NCBI GenBank assembly: GCA_052168235.1
Contig: JBQLZK010000069.1
Location: 1 to 35,982, forward strand
Reading direction: 5' to 3'
DNA from: Thainema sp.
GTDB taxonomy: Bacteria > Cyanobacteriota > Cyanobacteriia > Phormidesmidales > Phormidesmidaceae
Length of the DNA: 35,982 nt
The translations under genes and the position numbers were made by a program. Below are positions 28,683-35,982 of the stretch, in pieces (the stretch's first letter is position 1; each line of letters opens with the position of its first letter). A model generated the notes under the pieces. The model made no database searches. It was not told where the DNA came from and saw only the letters and a program-made list of their open reading frames with translations.

Positions 28683-28708
28683 TGAAGTGCCCCCAAATTT
28701 CGGACACA
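28683..28708. mobile_element. Isolated IS3-family-like terminal inverted repeat
   Basis: TGAAGTGCCCCCAAATTTCGGACAC resembles IS3-type ends; no transposase follows. Confidence 0.4.
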
Positions 28709-28724
28709 AGGCTAAGAGCTGGAG

Positions 28725-28930
28725 TTTAGACTAAAAAGCTAAAGAAAATCGCGGTCGTGCTAGGCACGAACCGCGTTATAGCAGAAGCTGAGACAATACC
28801 ACTCACCTCAGCAACTACTATGCCCTACGATAGCCTGTACGGATTCCGCCAGCGCGCCGATGAGTGTTTAGGACAGGCGCATGATGCACCTTGGAACTCA
28901 TTGATGCGGTGTTGACGACACGGCAAGCGC
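28725..28930 (+). pseudogene. 5' remnant of a cyanobacterial DDE (IS701/IS4-like) transposase
   Basis: From ATG 28820: MPYDSLYGFRQRADECLGQAHDA, a frameshift, then ELIDAVLTTRQA and truncation. Resembles the FRQ..Y..LG.A.DA.FEL.DAVL start of such transposases. Confidence 0.65.
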
Positions 28931-28959
28931 CCAACTGAGTTGCATGAGCCGTCGTTATC

Positions 28960-29130
28960 TTCATGGGATCTTAAGCGTCGTTTCAGAGCTGACAATGACC
29001 ACTGGGAAACGCCATCTAGATCCGGTGGTTGTTGAGCCAACTCCGTAATTCGTTAGATCACGGAGGGGATTTTTTTGGCGACGGATCATAGCAAGGCGTC
29101 AGAGGATTCTCTTCTATCTTGACAGTCCCT
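28960..29130 (-). pseudogene. Degraded IS630-like transposase HTH fragment
   Basis: Reverse strand reads RITELAQQPP...GVSQWSLSALKRRL, preceded by a corrupted DA.RSGRP-like segment with stops. Confidence 0.4.
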
Positions 29131-29713
29131 ATTAAAAAATGGGCGTATCCATGCCAAATGACCCATTAGTACCGAGGTTCATGTTCAGACCCTATAAAAA
29201 TTCATACCCAAATCAACTGGCTTTAAGAACGTTTGCGCGTTCTTTGAACATGAGCCGCTGATTGTTGGATGAGCGAAAATGATCTTCCAGAAGTAAACAA
29301 TCTTTAACTTATGTATTTTGTTTGTGAAAACATCTTTCGTTAAGTGACTATTGAATTCTATCTTTTTAGTGTAAGCCTGGCTGGAATATTTGTTCATCAT
29401 CGTGTCTAGCGATGTAGGAATTGGGCCATGCTAAAAATGCATTGGTTTCGAAAGGCAATAATCAATGTTTGCGACGTTTTCAATAGCTTTGATTGACTTA
29501 ACAAGGCATTTGATTCGTTGTGGAGAATTTCTTGTTGTTTTGAGACCAATCGTTGACCTATGGGGGAGTTAAGTGGGCCAATCTTTCTGGATTTACTTCA
29601 CTAGATTTCCTCCCATGGGCTAATTCGATTCTTTCTAAAATGCCTAACAAGACGATTACGTCAAATTGAGCTTTGTCCTAATTTTGTGAGTTTATTCAAA
29701 AGAGGTTTCATCA

Positions 29714-30187
29714 ATGAGTATCGTAGCTAAAGCCATTGCTCAGTCAGATCGGGCCGATCGGTTCCTGAGTAGCGCTGAGCTGACACAGCTCCAAGACTTT
29801 TTTACCAAAGGAAACATACGCATCAGTGCAGCTCAAAAACTAGCCGATAATCAGCAGAAAATTGTTGATGAAGGCAGCCAGAAATTCTGGGCTCAGTGCT
29901 CTAACACCCCTAGCAATAAGGGTAATGCCCAGAAGACGGCTCTTTGCCAACGAGATCAGGGTTGGTACATCCGGTTAGTGAGCTATTGCGTTTTAGCAGG
30001 AAATTCTAAGCCTCTCGAAGATATTGGCTTAGACGGCATGCGCGAAATGTATGTTTCACTAGGGGTCCCTCTAGCCAATTTGAAAGTCGCCATGCGCTGT
30101 CTAAAAGAAGTTGCCATGGGGATCCTAAGCCCTGAAGAAGGGGCCTTAGCTGCTCCCTACTTTGATCAATTGATTCGCGCTTTCTAG
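29714..30187 (+). CDS. apcD4: Far-red-absorbing allophycocyanin alpha subunit ApcD4 (LoLiP)
   Basis: Phycobiliprotein alpha fold; FWAQCSNTPSN and KTALCQRDQGWYIRL are ApcD4-type signatures; followed by apcB3 and isiX. Confidence 0.88.
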   Translation: MSIVAKAIAQSDRADRFLSSAELTQLQDFFTKGNIRISAAQKLADNQQKIVDEGSQKFWAQCSNTPSNKGNAQKTALCQRDQGWYIRLVSYCVLAGNSKPLEDIGLDGMREMYVSLGVPLANLKVAMRCLKEVAMGILSPEEGALAAPYFDQLIRAF

Positions 30188-30274
30188 GAATTCCTTGTTT
30201 CGCGTCTCTAGGGATTTAACCGGAACGGCATTTTATTTTTTGTCCTTAACTGAAGATTGATTCTAGAACAAACC

Positions 30275-30760
30275 ATGCAAGACACCATTACAGCTGTCAT
30301 TAATCCTGCCGATGAAAAAGGCGTTTACCTTGAAGCTGAAGAGTTAAACCGGCTGAAGCAATATTTCCAATCTGGTACTCAACGGGTAAAAGCAGCAACT
30401 CAAATTGGGTCAAGTGCTGCCAGCATCATTAGTGCAACGGTTGAAAAAAGCCTGCTATACGGGGATATCACCCTACCGGGTGGCAACATGTACCCTACTC
30501 GACGCTACGCGGCTTGTCTACGCGATTTAACCTACTTTTTGCGTTATGCGACCTACGCTATGCTGGCCGCCGATGCCTCCATTATCGAAGAGCGAGTGTT
30601 GAATGGCCTAAAAGATACCTACTCAGCCCTTGGGGTGCCTATTGAGCCTACGATTCAGGCAATCCAGGCTATGAAGGAAGTTGTCACCCAGCGGGTGGGA
30701 ACTGAAGCGGGTCAGGAGATGGATATTTATCTTGATCACATCATTAATGGTCTGAGCTAG
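30275..30760 (+). CDS. apcB3: Allophycocyanin beta subunit ApcB3 (LoLiP)
   Basis: [16 protein letters not shown] start; [25 protein letters not shown]. Confidence 0.88.
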   Translation: MQDTITAVINPADEKGVYLEAEELNRLKQYFQSGTQRVKAATQIGSSAASIISATVEKSLLYGDITLPGGNMYPTRRYAACLRDLTYFLRYATYAMLAADASIIEERVLNGLKDTYSALGVPIEPTIQAIQAMKEVVTQRVGTEAGQEMDIYLDHIINGLS

Positions 30761-30779
30761 GCACTAACCCTCGGCTTAA

Positions 30780-30807
30780 ATGGCCTGCCTCTTGGGGCGG
30801 GCCCATG
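30780..30807 (+). other. Intergenic hairpin between apcB3 and isiX (possible stabiliser or attenuator)
   Basis: ATGGCCTGCCTC-ttg-GGGCGGGCCCAT. Confidence 0.45.
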
Positions 30808-30839
30808 TTTAACTTTGCTGTTGCCGTTAACCGAATGCT

Positions 30840-32327
30840 ATGTACGCTTCTAATCAAACCCAGGAGCAATATCCCTGGTGGTCGGGGAATGCCCGATTTA
30901 TAGACTTATCCAATACGTTCATTGTTGCCCATGTTGCTCAGGCGGCCCTGATTATGTTGTGGGCCGGAGCTTTTACTTTATTCGAATTGGCTGTTTATTC
31001 TCCTGATGAGCCCTTGTATACCCAGGGTTTAATTTTGCTGCCGCATCTGGCCACTGAAGGATGGGGAATTGGCGCTGGAGGAGCCGTTGTAGACACTTAT
31101 ACCTGGTTTGCGATCGGTGCGATTCACATCGTAGCAGCTGGGGTTTTAGCAGCAGGAGCCTATTTCCACCGGACTCGATTGCCCCAGAGTTTATCTTCAG
31201 CTTCTGGCAACGCTGCTAAGTTTCACTTTGAGTGGCAAGATGCTGGCAAGCTGGGCGTCATTTTGGGGCACCATCTAATCATTCTGGGATTGGGGGCTCT
31301 GCTGTTAGTTGCTAAAGCTCAGTTTTTTGGCGGGTTGTACGATTCAAATCTGGGCGAGGTTCGGTTAGTCACCTCGCCGACCCTTGACCCCGCCACTATC
31401 TGGGATTACAGAACTCATTTATTTGATGTCAACAACCTAGAAGATTTGGTCGGGGGGCACATTTATGTCGCGGTGCTGTTGATTGCTGGAGGGGCCTGGC
31501 ATATTTTGGTTCCCCCCTTCAATTGGGTGAAGCGGGTCTTCCTGTTTTCGGGAGATGGCATTTTGTCCTATTCCCTATTTGGCATTGCTATCGCCGGATT
31601 TGCTGCTTCCTATTACTGTGGATTTGACACTCTGTCCTATCCAGAGGAATTTTACGGTCCTACCCTAGAGCTTAAATCGGCGTTTCTACCCCGATACTTT
31701 GAGGCACAGCCGACCATGGCGAACGGTTACACCTCTCGGGTTTGGTTAGCTAATGCTCACTTCTATCTGGCCTTTTTCTTCCTCCAGGGTGGACTGTGGC
31801 ACTTCCAGAGAGCGATGGGCTTTGGCTTCAATAAGGTACTGGACAAGTGGCGACAGAATTTGAACATAGCCAGTGATCATCCAACCCTGGTTTATCAGTT
31901 TTCTGGAGTCTCGCAGCTCCAACCTTTACTGTCGTTACAGTACGAAAGACCCCAGGCAGAAATCAAGCCTGTACTGAAGCGAGAGCAACCCTTTGAAGAC
32001 TATTTATATCGACCCTCCCAGGGCATTGAGAAGTCCGATTTAACTGATGTTAATGGGGTCAAAAATACGCTCTACCAGACCACTTACCATACTCACAAGG
32101 ATACGTTTTATCAAAATTCGAAACGGGCTGAGGCCGAAGCCATGTTTGGCTACAATAATCAGTATTCGAAGTGGCTGTATGAACTGCCTAAGAACCTTGA
32201 AAAAACCTTAGCCTATTCTCAGCCTATGGAGACTGTATTCTACGAACCCAAATACAATTACGATTCCGTTGGTCATGACAAGGGGACGGAAACAAAAACA
32301 GAGGCTAAAGTTGAAGTTAATGGGTAA
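30840..32327 (+). CDS. isiX: IsiA/CP43-family chlorophyll-binding protein IsiX with a long hydrophilic C-terminal tail
   Basis: [35 protein letters not shown] and YPEEFYGP motifs; six TM helices and no large CP43 loop; follows apcD4-apcB3. Confidence 0.88.
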   Translation: MYASNQTQEQYPWWSGNARFIDLSNTFIVAHVAQAALIMLWAGAFTLFELAVYSPDEPLYTQGLILLPHLATEGWGIGAGGAVVDTYTWFAIGAIHIVAAGVLAAGAYFHRTRLPQSLSSASGNAAKFHFEWQDAGKLGVILGHHLIILGLGALLLVAKAQFFGGLYDSNLGEVRLVTSPTLDPATIWDYRTHLFDVNNLEDLVGGHIYVAVLLIAGGAWHILVPPFNWVKRVFLFSGDGILSYSLFGIAIAGFAASYYCGFDTLSYPEEFYGPTLELKSAFLPRYFEAQPTMANGYTSRVWLANAHFYLAFFFLQGGLWHFQRAMGFGFNKVLDKWRQNLNIASDHPTLVYQFSGVSQLQPLLSLQYERPQAEIKPVLKREQPFEDYLYRPSQGIEKSDLTDVNGVKNTLYQTTYHTHKDTFYQNSKRAEAEAMFGYNNQYSKWLYELPKNLEKTLAYSQPMETVFYEPKYNYDSVGHDKGTETKTEAKVEVNG

Positions 32328-32491
32328 CAGGAATAGGGTGATTCTGAGGTAATTGTGAAAGCAGACAGGGAGCATGTTGATCCACCCTCTACCTCTTTTT
32401 CCAGCTTAGGAAAAGGGTGGCCAGATAGCAGCCTCTCTCCCGCTCTAGGCTACAGCTTATCCATCTCTCTGTAAGAGCACAATGCCGCATT

Positions 32492-32532
32492 GGCCCCCTT
32501 TATCTCCTAAATCTGGGGAGATAAAAGGGGGC
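32492..32532. terminator. Hairpin downstream of isiX
   Basis: GCCCCCTTTATCTCCT...GGGGAGATAAAAGGGGGC. Confidence 0.55.
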
Positions 32533-32720
32533 TATTCCGCCGCCAAGAGATAAGGCAAGTTACCAGTTTTGAGCAGAACGATGAGATGTTCAATCCGCTC
32601 ATATTCATCCAGTTCCTGAGATTCTTCGGGAGTGATAGTCTCGTCTAAGCTGCGAGCTAGGAGATATTGCAATCGATTCTGCATTTCCGAAGGGGGTCGA
32701 AATCCAGCAATTTGCTGATC
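32532..32720 (-). pseudogene. 3' fragment of a small helical hypothetical (antitoxin-like) protein
   Basis: Reads QQIAGFRPPSEMQNRLQYLLARSLDETITPEESQELDEYERIEHLIVLLKTGNLPYLLAAE*; the protein-like sequence begins at a degenerate HIP1 site (TGATCGCA). Confidence 0.5.
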
Positions 32721-32980
32721 GCAATTTAATCCCAGTGGTTTGCAGCTTTTTGGGTCAGACCTGTTTCATTCTCGATAATTACTCCCGATAAGAAGGTTCC
32801 GTCTTCGCTGATTGCGATCGCAGTTTTCTTTTGCACAATTTGAACGTAAGTTACCGACTGCAAGATTTGGTCAAAAATATCGTTCTCCCTGGCTCATCAT
32901 GACGCTGATTGGGCAATCTGGCAGAGAAGAGTAAAATTAAAGCCCCTGACAGTTACCTCTAGTTGATGAACACTGAAAGT

Positions 32981-33254
32981 CATTCCCTGGTCGCGTTTTC
33001 CGGCAAAGTACCGCCGGATGACGTGATTCCCGAAGAAGTCAGCGCAACCAGCAGCGTATTAAATCCGGATCTCAACGAGCGCGACTTAGCAAAAGCCTTA
33101 TGATACCGATGGCTACAACATCATGATTGTGGTTAACAAGTACCAAACTGGCTTTGATCAGCCCAAACTCTGTGCCATGTATGTGGACAAGAAACTGCAT
33201 GGCGTAGACTGCGCCCAAACTCTGTCGCGCCTGAACCGCATCTTCCCTGGCAAG
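32981..33254 (+). pseudogene. hsdR: Internal fragment of a type I restriction enzyme R subunit
   Basis: SLVAFSG...LNPDL..RDLAKA, a frameshift, then DTDGYNIMIVVNKYQTGFDQPKLCAMYVDKKLHGVDCAQTLSRLNRIFPGK (HsdR helicase C-terminal motifs). Confidence 0.85.
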
Positions 33255-33650
33255 CTCAATTGGATCGCTTTGATGATGAACGGATTGAAACCCTAAATCA
33301 GCTAACGGATCGCTTTGAAGAGTCTCGGGATGAAAATCTAGACAGCTAATCTCTTCCCTGCTCACGCTGATCGCTCTACTGCCGACTATTCCTCAAGTGC
33401 TCTCGCTTGGGGGTTTACTCTCAGCCATCAAAGTTTGGAATCAGATTGTTTTCCTTCGATTCCAGCCCTCCTCCACCTGGGGAGGGTTTCTGCATTTGGA
33501 AACGTGATTATCTTCAAAAACAGCAAAACCGAGTGCAAATTCAATCTTGTGGATGACTGTAATAATTCCAGCCCATGATTGTTTCAGCTCAACTGTTATA
33601 TGAGTGACACTTTCTAATTTAGAAACAACCTATTCTAAGTGCTATTACTG

Positions 33651-33817
33651 ACGGCTGTTTATCTCTCTTTAGTCAGTCTGGAGGAGAGTGTTGGCAACGG
33701 CAACTTGTTGGGCACTCCTCGGTTAAGTAATAGGAACTCAAGATAAATAGCGATGCTATTCCTTGGGTATCAAGATTGACAAAAGAGGGTTATATCTTGC
33801 TGGGTGCAGTCAGCCGT
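33651..33817 (+). ncRNA. Candidate structured leader RNA upstream of the amidase
   Basis: Four nested helices can be drawn by eye (see findings); no match to a riboswitch I recognise. Confidence 0.3.
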
Positions 33818-33854
33818 GCCGATTTGACGTGTTCATCTACCTAACTAAGCCCCT

Positions 33855-35567
33855 ATGAGAACAGCATTTGTTCCCACTGCTGTTGCATCCGTTGCAACGG
33901 CTACTTTGTCCATCTTTTTTACAGCGGAAAACGTATTAGCCGCTACATTCAAGTTAGAAGAAGCAACGATTGATAGCATCAATGAAGCGTTTGATGCAGG
34001 TGCATTAACAGCAGAAAGTTTGACCCAACTCTACCTGAACCGGATTGAAGAATATGACGATTCTCTAAATTCAATTATCGCGGTGAATTCGGATGCATTA
34101 TCGATAGCCAAAGCACTCGATCTTGAGCGACAAACGTTTGGCCCCAGAAGCCCGCTGCATGGTATTCCAGTCATTCTTAAAGATAATTACGATACTTTTG
34201 ATATGCCAACCACGGCAGGATCATCTGTATTAGCAGGTTCGATTCCTCCAGATGATGCTTTCACAGTTAAAAAGTTGCGTGATGCGGGCGCAATTATATT
34301 AGCCAAAGCCAACATGTCGGAATTTGCTTCGGGGGTTCCAGGAGGTTCTCTTGTTGGCTTGACAAGCAATCCTTACAATTTGGATCGCAGTCCAGCCGGA
34401 TCTAGCGGTGGAACAGGTGCTGCGATCGCAGCTAACTTTGGGGTAATTGGAACTGGATCAGATACAGGCGGCTCGATTCGGGGGCCAGCGGCTGCCAATG
34501 GTCTAGTTGGGATTAAGCCCACACTGGGCCTCACAAGTCGTGATGGAATCATTCCCCTGGCGCTCTCGTTTGATACCGGGGGGCCTCTAACTCGAACCGT
34601 AAAAGATGCGGCGCTAGCCCTGAGCTACATGGCAGGCATTGATCCATCTGACCCTGCAACTCTCGAAAGCGAAGGGAAAGTGTTTGACGACTACACGCAG
34701 TTTCTCGACGCGGATGCTTTGAACGGTGCGACGATTGGAGTTGCCAGAGATTTCTTTGGACGCAATCCAGAAGTCGATCTGTTGATGGAAGAGGCCATTG
34801 CAACTATGGAAAGTTTAGGAGCAACGATTGTTGACTCTTTATTTTTTCCAGAGCAAGTTATTGAAGAAAAAGACACCATCTATACCCGCATTCGCTGGCC
34901 TGAGTTCAAGGCGCAGATCCCGGATTATTTGGCCACCATTGGTGATGAATATCCCAAAGATTTAGCTGAAATTATTGAACTCGCCGAGCAAGATCCATTT
35001 TTTGAAACTTACCCTGGGCGCTTGGATCTCTTCAAAAACGAACAGGCCAGTGTTCCGTTAACCGATCCTGACTACATTGATGCTTTGACCAACGGCAGAG
35101 ATTTAATTCGGAATTCCGTTTTAGATTTGTTTAGTGCAAATGGTCTGGATGCGCTAATTTATCCAACGTCTGGCTGTCCTTCTGGGCCTCTTCCCGGCCT
35201 AACAGATCCCTCGTATGTGTGTGACTCAGGGTCTTCTGCAACCAATATCGCTAACCTATCTGGTTTTCCAGATGTGCAGGTTCCTGCTGGATTCACATCT
35301 GACGGAATGCCTGTCGCTTTATCATTCTTTGGTTCCGCCTGGTCTGAGCCTGACCTTCTGGGTTTTGCGTACTCGTTCGAACAAGCGACCAAAGCTCGTA
35401 AACCTCCTGCTCTCTTTCCTGCTCTACCGGGTGAGACGATTGAGTACACCAAAGTCCCCGAACCTGCTAGCGTTGGTGCGCTGATTGGAGTTGGAACTGT
35501 CTTGATTGGCAGCAAACTCATCAAGCGTCGCCAACCCAGCAAAACGTTAGTCTCTGGGGAGTATTAG
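33855..35567 (+). CDS. Secreted amidase-signature enzyme with a C-terminal PEP-CTERM sorting signal
   Basis: Signal peptide; LHGIPVILKDN, GSSGG and GSDTGGSIRGPA (Ser-cisSer-Lys triad); ends VPEP, TM helix, KRR. Confidence 0.92.
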   Translation: MRTAFVPTAVASVATATLSIFFTAENVLAATFKLEEATIDSINEAFDAGALTAESLTQLYLNRIEEYDDSLNSIIAVNSDALSIAKALDLERQTFGPRSPLHGIPVILKDNYDTFDMPTTAGSSVLAGSIPPDDAFTVKKLRDAGAIILAKANMSEFASGVPGGSLVGLTSNPYNLDRSPAGSSGGTGAAIAANFGVIGTGSDTGGSIRGPAAANGLVGIKPTLGLTSRDGIIPLALSFDTGGPLTRTVKDAALALSYMAGIDPSDPATLESEGKVFDDYTQFLDADALNGATIGVARDFFGRNPEVDLLMEEAIATMESLGATIVDSLFFPEQVIEEKDTIYTRIRWPEFKAQIPDYLATIGDEYPKDLAEIIELAEQDPFFETYPGRLDLFKNEQASVPLTDPDYIDALTNGRDLIRNSVLDLFSANGLDALIYPTSGCPSGPLPGLTDPSYVCDSGSSATNIANLSGFPDVQVPAGFTSDGMPVALSFFGSAWSEPDLLGFAYSFEQATKARKPPALFPALPGETIEYTKVPEPASVGALIGVGTVLIGSKLIKRRQPSKTLVSGEY

Positions 35568-35602
35568 TTAATAAGTTTCTCTTCAATATCTGAAACTTAA
35601 AC

Positions 35603-35638
35603 GAATGGCTAGAGAAGTTCTGGTTTCTCTAGCCATTC
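35603..35638 (+). terminator. Hairpin after the amidase
   Basis: GAATGGCTAGAGAA-gttctggt-TTCTCTAGCCATTC. Confidence 0.6.
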
Positions 35639-35982
35639 TGAAGTTGCGATCGCAACTCTGCAAGTTTTTCTAGATCATTTCGCCCTACGCCAATCCCAAG
35701 GCCGCTGATACTCTCCGCCATCCCAAACCTCTACCTGTGATCCTTTTGCCATCTCTTCAGCCATTGCGATCGCAGATGAGATCGCGTGACTATTCCTTTG
35801 GGTTGTTCATACTCTGGTGCCTTAACGCTGCAGAGTCGATCTTTAACTCTCTTGACAGTGACGTAGGATTTTCTCCTGGGCTTAAACTGATAGAGGTAGC
35901 GTGAACCAGAACGTTGTACCTTGATTGGCCTGCATTATTCATGAGGATAGCCAAAGGTGTGTAAGAAGACGCATAGCATTGT

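Larger units (their letters stand above)
963..35773. repeat. HIP1 octamer GCGATCGC, dispersed
   Basis: About 35 copies counted by eye (e.g. 963, 8032, 9414, 9452, 22802, 27203, 35646), far above chance and diagnostic of many cyanobacteria. Confidence 0.95.

Noticed and set aside
29185..29400. 71-aa minus-strand ORF upstream of apcD4
   Set aside because: AT-rich promoter-like DNA with no RBS or recognisable motif.
29714..32327. FaRLiP (chlorophyll f) cluster interpretation
   Set aside because: No rfpABC, chlF, psa/psb paralogues or apcE2; the apcD-apcB-isiA-like triplet fits LoLiP.
33072..33365. 97-aa minus-strand ORF
   Set aside because: Antisense to the hsdR fragment on the + strand.
45..35638. 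CRISPR array, tRNA or rRNA
   Set aside because: The repeats seen are isolated hairpins or MITE-like units, with no regular repeat-spacer periodicity, no cas genes and no tRNA/rRNA signatures noticed.
35676..35765. 29-aa minus-strand ORF between two HIP1 sites
   Set aside because: Too short, with no supporting motif or RBS.

Overview
Cyanobacterial chromosomal DNA: about 35 HIP1 octamers (GCGATCGC) counted by eye, plus phycobiliprotein and chlorophyll genes. The window has five parts. (1) 1-8.8 kb: housekeeping and accessory genes (cls, GH13 amylase, peptidoglycan-binding protein, a 73-aa protein with two IF7/GifA-like repeats, EEP-fold protein, sugar O-acetyltransferase, an orphan Zn-binding lipoprotein behind a Zur box, a pentapeptide-repeat protein). 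(2) 9.9-15.1 kb: a translationally coupled three-gene operon of a small membrane protein, a STAND-like ATPase and a large, apparently chimeric HTH/TPR-like protein. The small protein and the ATPase share a short Asn/Gly beta-motif resembling NLR amyloid-signalling motifs; this is the best candidate for an undescribed system. (3) 15.2-20.8 kb: a hybrid histidine kinase and a REC-GGDEF-EAL partner. (4) 21.1-28.6 kb: a low-oxygen tetrapyrrole cluster (ho2-hemN-bchE-desaturase, divergent acsF), in which BchE carries a C-terminal receiver domain. (5) 28.7-36 kb: the low-light apcD4-apcB3-isiX (LoLiP) cluster flanked by IS and restriction-gene debris, then a PEP-CTERM amidase behind a structured leader. 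All calls come from reading motifs by eye; no database searches were run.
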